A DNA stretch of 43,033 bases, taken from the NCBI GenBank assembly GCA_947165335.1, contig CAMVAB010000002.1:1-43033 (forward strand). Reading direction: 5' to 3'. This document shows positions 29,063-35,986 of the stretch, in pieces. The DNA is from an uncultured Pseudomonadota bacterium. Its GTDB lineage: Bacteria > Pseudomonadota > Alphaproteobacteria > Rs-D84. Position 1 is the first letter of the stretch, and each line of letters begins with the position of its first letter. The notes under the pieces were generated by a model, which did no database searches, was not told where the DNA came from, and saw only the letters and a list, made by a program, of their open reading frames with translations. Both the position numbers and the translations under genes were made by a program.

Positions 29063-30673
29063 ATGTATATGAACAAATTTTTAATTTTTATGAGTGTTTT
29101 GCTTGCCGGATGTGGCGCAAATCATTCTTTCAAAGCAAACCAAGCCGCGACTTCTAACCCGGTTGATGTCCAAGAAAGCTATCTTTATGCTTCGTCGGTT
29201 TATGGCGCTGATAATTCTGGGCCCGCGGCAAATGTTGCTGTGTTGTTACCTATGAGTGGCGAATCAAAAACAGTTGGAAATGACATAAAAACATCTATTG
29301 AAACAGCGTTTTTGCGCAAACCAAACCAAAATATAAAAGTTTCTTTCTATGATTTATCAGGTGAAAAAGCAGAACGAAATCAAATTATAAAAACAACATT
29401 AAATACGAATCCTGATGTTGTTATCGGCCCTGTTTTTTCAGAAGATGCCACTATGGTTCGCAGTTACAAACAATCAAAAACACCTGTTATTTCATTTACA
29501 TCTGATATAAATGCTTTGGGCAACAATGTTATGACCATGAATTTATTGCCAAGTCAAACTATTGAAACAATCATAGCTCAAATGATGACAGATGGCGCAA
29601 AAAACATTATTATTTTGGCTCCAAATGAAAAATCTGGTCAGTTAATGACCGCAGTAGCGGATAAAACAGCGTCTTTATATAAATTGCCTGTTGTTGGCAT
29701 CTTTTATTATGATTCCGGCAATTCAGATTCTATCAAAGAAGCATCTATTCGTGCATCTATGTACGAAACCCGCAGTGCTGCAAACACCCGCGCGCGTGAG
29801 GTTTTATCTGATATCATTAACAAAGAATCTCTGTCGGCAGAAACCCGTAACAACCTTCGTAAACAACTTGAAAAATTAGAACGCAAAGATACATTAGGTG
29901 AAATTCCGTACGATGCGGTCTTGTTCCTTGGTAATGGCGAAGACGCAAAAACAATCGCATCTTTCTTGCGTTATTACGGGGTTGGGAATCGTGATGTAGC
30001 ATTTTACGGAACAACACTTTGGCACGGGTCCGATATTACATCTGATTTTACTTTAAGTGGCGCAAAATATGCGACCTTGCCGGAAATATCTGATAATTTC
30101 AAAAGTTTATACAATATGGTTGCCGGCAAAGATCCAGATTATCTGGCTGCATTTGGTTATGATGCTGCTAATTTGGCACTAGGAATTATATATACTCAAA
30201 AATCAAAAGATGCATACCTTTTTGATCCAAGCGGATACATTGGAACAACTGGAATATTCAGAATTCAACCGAATGGGGAATCCGAACGCGGTTTACGTGT
30301 TATGGAATTAAATGGTTCAGGCGATGTAAATACAGTAAAAGAATCTCCAACTAACTTTATTACATTATTGTACAATGTTGATTCTACTAATTTAAGTCCT
30401 GTACCAATGCGCGAATTACAAACACGCGGTATAAACCCAGGTGATTATATAACAATACCTGAAAATTTACGCAAAAAATCTGCATACAAAACAAAAACAA
30501 TCGGCGCAAATTATCGCATTGACGAAGACACGACGGATACAGAAAACAATTCTGCGCCAATACAAGTATACGAATCAGAAGAAACTGAAACTATATCGGA
30601 CCCTGAATACCAACCAGTTAAAATCGAAAGCGTTTCTCGCAAATACATCGACAGTGTTGAAGTAGAAGAATAA
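29063..30673 (+). CDS. LpoA-like penicillin-binding-protein activator lipoprotein (periplasmic-binding-protein fold)
   Basis: Lipobox VLLAGC. VAVLLPMSGESKTVGNDIKTSIETAF, VVIGPVFSEDA and PVISFTSD fit a type-I periplasmic binding fold. Its divergent position next to rsmI mirrors the E. coli yraL(rsmI)/yraM(lpoA) arrangement. The exact start (29063 or 29069) is uncertain. Confidence 0.55.
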   Translation: MYMNKFLIFMSVLLAGCGANHSFKANQAATSNPVDVQESYLYASSVYGADNSGPAANVAVLLPMSGESKTVGNDIKTSIETAFLRKPNQNIKVSFYDLSGEKAERNQIIKTTLNTNPDVVIGPVFSEDATMVRSYKQSKTPVISFTSDINALGNNVMTMNLLPSQTIETIIAQMMTDGAKNIIILAPNEKSGQLMTAVADKTASLYKLPVVGIFYYDSGNSDSIKEASIRASMYETRSAANTRAREVLSDIINKESLSAETRNNLRKQLEKLERKDTLGEIPYDAVLFLGNGEDAKTIASFLRYYGVGNRDVAFYGTTLWHGSDITSDFTLSGAKYATLPEISDNFKSLYNMVAGKDPDYLAAFGYDAANLALGIIYTQKSKDAYLFDPSGYIGTTGIFRIQPNGESERGLRVMELNGSGDVNTVKESPTNFITLLYNVDSTNLSPVPMRELQTRGINPGDYITIPENLRKKSAYKTKTIGANYRIDEDTTDTENNSAPIQVYESEETETISDPEYQPVKIESVSRKYIDSVEVEE

Positions 30674-30726
30674 ACGCTTGCGTTTATAAAAAAATAAGAT
30701 ATAATCACAGGGCTTATGAATTCGTA

Positions 30727-30801
30727 GCGAGCATAGTTCAAAGGCTAGAATGCAAGCCTTCCAAGCTTGAAATGAGGGTTCGATTCCCTCTGCTCGCACC
30801 A
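30727..30801 (+). tRNA. tRNA-Gly (anticodon UCC)
   Basis: Manual cloverleaf: acceptor GCGAGCA/TGCTCGC, D arm GTTC-AAAGGCTA-GAAT, anticodon arm CAAGC-CTTCCAA-GCTTG, 4-nt variable loop, T arm GAGGG-TTCGATT-CCCTC, encoded ACCA. Confidence 0.9.
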
Positions 30802-30890
30802 AGGATGTAGCGGGTAGCGTATGAATCGGGTATCCTTACGACGCGAACATCAATTCGTTGCTAACAACGCAACTCATTGTGTTCTTATAC

Positions 30891-30915
30891 GTTCGGATTC
30901 CCTCTGCTCGCACCA
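30891..30915 (+). repeat. Direct repeat of the tRNA-Gly 3' end (T-loop to CCA)
   Basis: GTTCGGATTCCCTCTGCTCGCACCA matches GTTCGATTCCCTCTGCTCGCACCA (30778-30801) apart from one extra G. It lies 89 nt downstream of the intact tRNA. Confidence 0.85.
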
Positions 30916-30921
30916 CGGATT

Positions 30922-31007
30922 GGGCGCGCGCCGGAGTCGGAGAGCCGGGGCAGACTGTAAATCTGTTGTCTTTGACTGAGGTGGTTCGACTCCACCCGCT
31001 CCCACCA
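30922..31007 (+). tRNA. tRNA-Tyr (anticodon GUA), class II long variable arm
   Basis: Anticodon arm GCAGA-CTGTAAA-TCTGT, variable arm with GTC-ttt-GAC stem, T arm GGTGG-TTCGACT-CCACC, encoded ACCA. Oddities: C at position 8 and a C4:U69 mismatch in the acceptor stem (GGGCGCG / CGCTCCC). Confidence 0.75.
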
Positions 31008-31014
31008 AAAACAC

Positions 31015-31046
31015 AAACCGACCAAATGGTCGGTTTTTGTTTTTTG
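31015..31046 (+). terminator. Rho-independent terminator after the tRNA pair
   Basis: CCGACC-aaat-GGTCGG followed by TTTTTGTTTTTTG. Confidence 0.7.
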
Positions 31047-31162
31047 CTGTGATGTTGGTTTGGAAAGAATCCCTTTGGTTCGACAAGCAGTAGATTTTAC
31101 AAGTGCAACGCGGTGAAATCGTCACGATTGCCGCGCAGCCGGCACACAGTGCCGAGCGAGAG

Positions 31163-31294
31163 ACTACGAAGATACATAATTAGAAAAATCATAAAAACGG
31201 TGTTTTTTAATACGCTTTTTTATAGATTTTTATTATTGCGTATCAAGGCACCACCTTATCCCCATTTTGTGTTTATACATTTTTATGATATAAT
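31163..31294 (+). repeat. Duplicated promoter/leader module, copy 1 (includes TTGTGT-16-TGATATAAT promoter)
   Basis: About 125 of 132 nt are identical to 31819-31950. It contains -35 TTGTGT (31267-31272) and extended -10 TGATATAAT (31286-31294), then AAAGGAGAG RBS and the ATG at 31321. Confidence 0.8.
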
Positions 31295-31320
31295 ACATTC
31301 ATATAATCAAAGGAGAGATT

Positions 31321-31638
31321 ATGAAAAAAATACTTTTATTTTTACCTATATTTACTTTGGTTGCTTGCGATAATGTAGATATATCTAAATATTCGGAAGA
31401 TGTTCAAAATTGTTATAATAAAACTATTTCTGGTGAAGATAATTGCACTGAAAACAAGAAGATTATTGTTAAATATTGTGAATGTATAAGTACAGGAAAA
31501 GCAGAAATAAAAGCACCAAATGGTGAATCTGTATCTGATTCAATACGCGCATGGGTTGATATGCAAAAACTTCGCGACAAATGTGCAGAAAAAACAGGTT
31601 ATACTTTTTGTGAAAAAGATGAAAGCGCAACAAAATAG
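31321..31638 (+). CDS. Small Cys-rich lipoprotein (105 aa)
   Basis: RBS AAAGGAGAG. Lipobox FTLVAC. Seven further Cys residues. Confidence 0.6.
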   Translation: MKKILLFLPIFTLVACDNVDISKYSEDVQNCYNKTISGEDNCTENKKIIVKYCECISTGKAEIKAPNGESVSDSIRAWVDMQKLRDKCAEKTGYTFCEKDESATK

Positions 31639-31818
31639 AATTATAACCATTTTTCGTTAAACGCTTTTACCCGTTGCATTAAATCAGTAAATTCTTTTTC
31701 TACTCGATTAATGCAAGCTGATTTCCACCAAAAAGGAACGGGTGGAGCCGCCAGAGCACCATGACACGATAGTGTCATACGAAAATGAAATTTTCGTGAA
31801 TAATTGGTGCGCATGGCA

Positions 31819-31950
31819 ACTACGAATATACATAATTAGAAAAATCATAAAAACGGAGTTTTTTAATACGAGTTTTTATAGATTTTTATTATTGCGTATC
31901 AAGGCACCACCTTATCCCCATTTTGTGTTTATACAATTTTGTGATACAAT
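31819..31950 (+). repeat. Duplicated promoter/leader module, copy 2
   Basis: Near-identical to 31163-31294. The -10 region is TGTGATACAAT. It precedes the ATG at 31982. Confidence 0.8.
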
Positions 31951-31981
31951 TGGTAAGTGTATATATCAAAAGGTTTTTTCT

Positions 31982-32761
31982 ATGCCACACATCTGTCAAA
32001 GTTGTTCTATGCCAATGGAAGATGAAAAAGTTTTTGGAACGAATAAAGACGGTTCTAAAAACGCCGATTATTGTATCTATTGTTATAAAAATGGTGAATT
32101 TATAGATAAAGTTTCAATGGAAGAATACATCGACATGTGTGTTCCTTTTCATGACCAGGCCGGTATGACCGAAGAACAAATGCGTCATCATTGCGAAACC
32201 GTATTTCCAACATTGAAAAGATGGAAAAAATCCAGAACAAAGGAAAAAAACATGAATTACATTTTAGTTGCTGACAAACAAGAAGCTGACAATTTAAAAA
32301 TCCCAAATAAATTAAAAGACAATGTTAAAATTATTCTATTGGGATGGGGGGCAACATCATCTATTAAAACATTATCAAAAATGTTATTGAATGGTGAAAT
32401 AACAAAAAATGATAAAATATTCAATATTGGATATGTTGGATCTAATGAGTTTCCTATTGGCAGTGTTGTAATTATTGGGAAAGCGCTTAAAGAAAACCCT
32501 TCGCATACTGTCAAAGAACCACCTATAAAATTAGATGACGAATCAAAAGTTAAATGTTATTCATCACTAAATTTCGTAGAATCAACAAAACACATTGGCG
32601 TATTTGATATGGAACTTTACACGCTGGCAAGCTTTTTCAAAAAAATAAAATCTGTAAAAATTGTTTCAGATAATTTGAATTATCATGAATATAAACAAGC
32701 ATCGATTGAATCAGCATGGCAGAAAGCGAATAAAATTTTATTTCAATGGATAGAACAATAA
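31982..32761 (+). CDS. Fusion protein: N-terminal putative zinc-ribbon domain + C-terminal nucleoside phosphorylase/MTA-SAH nucleosidase-like (PNP_UDP_1) domain
   Basis: MPHICQSCSMPMEDEKVFGTNKDGSKNADYCIYCYKNGEFIDKVSMEEYIDMCVPF...FPTLKRW matches the 'CQSCGMP...FGT..DGS...YC.YCY.NG.F' zinc-ribbon family. The C-terminal LLGWGATSSIKTLSKML...IFNIGYVGS...IGSVVI...VFDMELYTLASFF...IVSD resembles the phosphorylase-superfamily core. Sequence upstream of 31982 in tracked ORF 31742.. is the duplicated non-coding module. Confidence 0.55.
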   Translation: MPHICQSCSMPMEDEKVFGTNKDGSKNADYCIYCYKNGEFIDKVSMEEYIDMCVPFHDQAGMTEEQMRHHCETVFPTLKRWKKSRTKEKNMNYILVADKQEADNLKIPNKLKDNVKIILLGWGATSSIKTLSKMLLNGEITKNDKIFNIGYVGSNEFPIGSVVIIGKALKENPSHTVKEPPIKLDDESKVKCYSSLNFVESTKHIGVFDMELYTLASFFKKIKSVKIVSDNLNYHEYKQASIESAWQKANKILFQWIEQ

Positions 32762-32789
32762 AAAAACACCGGCAAATGCCGGTGTTTTT
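32761..32789. terminator. Bidirectional rho-independent terminator (CACCGGCAAATGCCGGTG core)
   Basis: Identical 18-nt core to 16837-16854, between convergent genes. Confidence 0.75.
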
Positions 32790-32790
32790 A

Positions 32791-34203
32791 TTATCTTTGT
32801 TTTTGCTTAATACCACCAAACACAAAACTTATTTCAGTACCTTTTATTACTGTACCATCTGTGCGGTGTTGATCGTAAAAACCTTCTAATACAACTTCAT
32901 TTGGTTCTACCGTATCGCTCGTTGCTTTGCTTTTACGAGCAGGAGCGCAATAAACATTGTTTAAACCAGTTGTTAAGTTTTCTTCTTCACCATAATACAA
33001 AGGCGACGATACGGCTATTGACATATTTTCGTTACTTGCATCATCTCTTGAAGTATAAAATTTAACATCTGAAGAAAGTGGCGATACTTCACGAACCCCC
33101 GAAAAATTATTATGGATTTTATTATATATACCCCATACATTTTCTGGTAAATCAGACTGGTAATTTTCAACATAAAATTCAATCTGTTGTGTGTTACGAT
33201 TTGTGATTACTTTCACCGTATACCAATTATTGAAAGGCATTGTCAAAGTATCAGCAACAGTTCCATGAGATAATGTTGCCGCGGCAGAATCTGTTTGAAA
33301 TACACGCAATCCAACCCCAACAATTCCACCATAAGAATGCGGACTGTCTGTATTATCTGTTGGCATCACAGATACATATGCCGTTCCTTTAAAATTCATT
33401 GGATCGGATGGCGTTTGTAAAACTTTGCTGTCCACACCACCAAAATAAGGGAAAGTTTCGTGTTTACTTGGTTCGCCCTTGACAGGTGTCGATCCTTGAA
33501 CCAAACCAAAATCGGCATGTCTTAAACCAATTTTATTTCCTTTTGAAGACATTCCTATTGTATCTATTTCAAACTTCCATCGACCATTACCGTCTATGAT
33601 AGCTTGATAAATATGTTGTACATGACCTGCATCAGCATTTATAGATTCAAGATGATCTTTGGCCTTTTTTGCCAACGCACTGTCTGACATATTTTCAAAC
33701 TCCAAATGATACAGAGCATCAGAAACACCTTCTATTTTCCAGTCTTCTCTTGGATCAGGGAAACAACCCCCAACATAAAAACTCCATCCTTCCGCTCTAA
33801 AGAAAGCCGTACCATCTTCAGATGAAACATTGACGCGTCCAAGATATTCTTCGGTATCGTTGGAATAATCCAAAGTTTCTGAATCTTCGTCATTTAATTC
33901 AAAACTATAAAGACCTTCGATTCTATTTGATACAGCATAAGGTCTGATCATACAATCTCCACCAACAAAAAATTTCGAACCATTAATATCAGACAAATGT
34001 GTCATAAACAAATCGTTCGATTGGGTTTGGTTATTAACATCAGCATATTGGCCAGTTGGCATATTTTTATCGTTGACTTGCATTTCTGGTTCCATAGCAT
34101 CTTTACATGCGGTCATTCCGCCCATTAAACCAGCCAACAAAAAAACTTTTGCGTTTTTTATATGATTTGAATATAAATTCTTAAAAAATGGATTTGTTTT
34201 CAT
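32791..34203 (-). CDS. Large lipoprotein (470 aa), possibly a TbpB/fHbp-like surface lipoprotein
   Basis: Lipobox GGMTAC. Internal ...ADFGLVQGS...FPYFGGVD...PMNFKGTAYVSV and C-terminal ...VLEGFYDQH...GTEISFVFGGIKQKQR loosely resemble the beta-barrel signatures of TbpB/fHbp-type lipoproteins. This is a weak, by-eye assignment. Confidence 0.35.
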   Translation of the reverse strand: MKTNPFFKNLYSNHIKNAKVFLLAGLMGGMTACKDAMEPEMQVNDKNMPTGQYADVNNQTQSNDLFMTHLSDINGSKFFVGGDCMIRPYAVSNRIEGLYSFELNDEDSETLDYSNDTEEYLGRVNVSSEDGTAFFRAEGWSFYVGGCFPDPREDWKIEGVSDALYHLEFENMSDSALAKKAKDHLESINADAGHVQHIYQAIIDGNGRWKFEIDTIGMSSKGNKIGLRHADFGLVQGSTPVKGEPSKHETFPYFGGVDSKVLQTPSDPMNFKGTAYVSVMPTDNTDSPHSYGGIVGVGLRVFQTDSAAATLSHGTVADTLTMPFNNWYTVKVITNRNTQQIEFYVENYQSDLPENVWGIYNKIHNNFSGVREVSPLSSDVKFYTSRDDASNENMSIAVSSPLYYGEEENLTTGLNNVYCAPARKSKATSDTVEPNEVVLEGFYDQHRTDGTVIKGTEISFVFGGIKQKQR

Positions 34204-34273
34204 AATAAAACCCTTTATTTTTTCGGTTAAAATAACGCTAACACATAAAAATCTTTTGTCAATAAAAAATCAT

Positions 34274-34300
34274 AAAAAAACACCGGGGATTCCGGTGTTT
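34274..34300 (-). terminator. Rho-independent terminator ending the lol-containing operon
   Basis: Minus strand reads AAACACCGG-aatcc-CCGGTGTTTTTTT, 12 nt after the stop of CDS 34312..34599. Confidence 0.7.
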
Positions 34301-34311
34301 AATACAAAGCA

Positions 34312-34599
34312 TTATTTCATTGGTGGAAAACAATTATTTCCGCCATCTGGGCAACAAACCATCCAACCATCACCTGCATCAGTATAAACTTCGCCAGCAC
34401 AACAACCATTTTTATCTGGTCTGTTTCCGTCTGGACATTTAACAAAAAAACCATCCCAATTTATCACTAAATAATGCGCAACATACCCAAACGATCCACC
34501 AAGAATAAAAGCGGCCAAAACAAACATCCATAATTTAGATTTTGGCGATGATTTTTGTTTAATTGGTTTCTTCACGATTTTCTTTTTCATATGTCCCAC
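34312..34599 (-). CDS. Small membrane-anchored Cys-rich protein (95 aa)
   Basis: Lys-rich N-terminus, one TM helix (LWMFVLAAFILGGSFGYVAHYLV), then KCPDGNRPDKNGCCAGEVYTDAGDGWMVCCPDGGNNCF. The start abuts the upstream stop. Confidence 0.5.
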   Translation of the reverse strand: MGHMKKKIVKKPIKQKSSPKSKLWMFVLAAFILGGSFGYVAHYLVINWDGFFVKCPDGNRPDKNGCCAGEVYTDAGDGWMVCCPDGGNNCFPPMK

Positions 34600-35244
34600 C
34601 TATTCTTCAATTATTTTTTCTAACTGAATTATAAAGTCAATTGCAGGATTAGTCAATTTTTTTGCTTTTTCAATCATACGTTCTGCCTCTGCCTGCATTT
34701 GAAGACGTTTATATGTTTCAACAATTTCAATTGATTCTTCTTCATCATCCAAGTTATCATCAGTTAATGCACGTGCAATTTCTAATTCTTGTTTTGCCAT
34801 TTCTTTATATTTACCAGAATTTTCAGGGCATCCACGTTCTGACAAATTCGCATATATTTTTGCATTATCGATATGATCTTCTGAATCTTGTGATTCCACC
34901 GGTCTTAATCTTTCCTGCAAAAGCATCTCGATTTGCCCACACGTTGTTTCTGGTAATTTTTTTTCTTCAATTTTTGGTTGTGGTTTGGGTTCTTCAAAAA
35001 CCCTGTTTAAACAATTTTCAGAATAAACTTTGTTCAATTGCGCGATCAAATCCGGCTGTTGATTTGTTGCTGCCATCATAATTTTATTTGCTAATTCATG
35101 ACACTGATATTGTGTCATTGTTGAATGGTTTACTCGATCAGAACCATTTAATATAAAACCAACAACCATACCCATTAAAAACAGGATAACCAAACCAACA
35201 ATACCGTATACGGAATATCTTTTTTTATTTTCTTGTTTTGTCAT
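34600..35244 (-). CDS. Membrane-anchored, acidic coiled-coil-like protein (214 aa)
   Basis: One N-terminal TM helix (VYGIVGLVILFLMGMVVGFIL) followed by a charged helical region. No domain recognised. Confidence 0.5.
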   Translation of the reverse strand: MTKQENKKRYSVYGIVGLVILFLMGMVVGFILNGSDRVNHSTMTQYQCHELANKIMMAATNQQPDLIAQLNKVYSENCLNRVFEEPKPQPKIEEKKLPETTCGQIEMLLQERLRPVESQDSEDHIDNAKIYANLSERGCPENSGKYKEMAKQELEIARALTDDNLDDEEESIEIVETYKRLQMQAEAERMIEKAKKLTNPAIDFIIQLEKIIEE

Positions 35245-35266
35245 TTCTCTCTCCTTTTTATTTTTA

Positions 35267-35977
35267 TTATTTTACTATACCATCTTTGATGGTAATAATT
35301 CTATCTGCTTTTTTTGCCAAATTCATATCATGCGTCACAAATAACATTGACATTTTGTTTTTACGAACCAAACTAAGCAACAAATCAAAAACAGTTATTG
35401 CGTTTTGCGGATCCAAAGATCCAGTTGGTTCATCCGCCAATAATATTTCAGGATTATTTGCAATTGCGCGTGCAATTGCGACACGTTGTTGTTCACCCCC
35501 AGACATTTCAGATGGGAAATGATTGCACCGGTGTGCAACATTTGCCGCTTTTAATAATTTCATAGCCCGACTATTTGCAACACTTTCATCCATACCATTT
35601 GCCAACATTGGCAACACTACATTTTCAAGCGCGGTAAAATCAGAAAGCAGATTATGTTTTTGATAAACGAAACCTATTTTTTGACGACGCAACATTGTAC
35701 GTGTTTCTTCACTGATTTTATCAACAGGCATTCCATTTATAAATATATCCCCACCTGTTGGTTTATCAAGCAATCCCACACATTGTAATAATGTAGATTT
35801 TCCAGAACCACTTTGTCCAACAAGTGCGACTATTTCACCGCGATACAAATCAAAACCACCACCACGTAAAATCTTTAATGGTTGACCACCTTCGACAAAT
35901 GTTTTTTTAATATCACGAACAGACATCACTATGTCTTTTCTCGATATTTTTGATAAAGAATTCAAAATACTTGCCAT
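35267..35977 (-). CDS. lolD: Lipoprotein-releasing system ATP-binding protein LolD
   Basis: GQSGSGKSTLL (Walker A), LSGGEQQRVAIARA, LLADEPTGSLD (Walker B). It lies directly downstream of the LolC/E permease gene. The start could instead be the internal MSVRDIKK at 35926. Confidence 0.85.
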   Translation of the reverse strand: MASILNSLSKISRKDIVMSVRDIKKTFVEGGQPLKILRGGGFDLYRGEIVALVGQSGSGKSTLLQCVGLLDKPTGGDIFINGMPVDKISEETRTMLRRQKIGFVYQKHNLLSDFTALENVVLPMLANGMDESVANSRAMKLLKAANVAHRCNHFPSEMSGGEQQRVAIARAIANNPEILLADEPTGSLDPQNAITVFDLLLSLVRKNKMSMLFVTHDMNLAKKADRIITIKDGIVK

Positions 35978-35986
35978 AGTTTTTCC

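Noticed and set aside
30843-30915. A 73-nt stretch from GCGAACA to ...TGCTCGCACCA that has tRNA length and could be a second, decayed tRNA-Gly.
   Set aside because: No T-stem (ATACG cannot pair with CCCTC), D-arm or anticodon stem can be formed. The interior shows no similarity to the intact tRNA-Gly. It is kept only as an alternative origin for the 3'-end repeat.
31256-31264. TTATCCCCA, a DnaA-box-like 9-mer with one mismatch to TTATCCACA, in both copies of the duplicated module (also at 31912-31920).
   Set aside because: It is a single degenerate box per copy, with no cluster, AT-rich unwinding element or dnaA/dnaN context. This is not an origin.
31641-31778. Untracked 45-codon minus-strand ORF (MTLSCHGALAAPPVPFWWKSACINRVEKEFTDLMQRVKAFNEKWL) convergent with the small lipoprotein gene.
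   Set aside because: Its ATG lies inside the ATGACAC-gata-GTGTCAT hairpin, no RBS is visible, and the first half is read from the GC-rich motif region. It could be the 3' remnant of a disrupted gene, but this is not supportable as a CDS.
31806-31814. GGTGCGCAT, identical to the first 9 nt of the E. coli dif XerC arm.
   Set aside because: The following sequence (GGCAACTACGAATATACAT) does not match the dif central region or XerD arm. It is an isolated 9-mer match.
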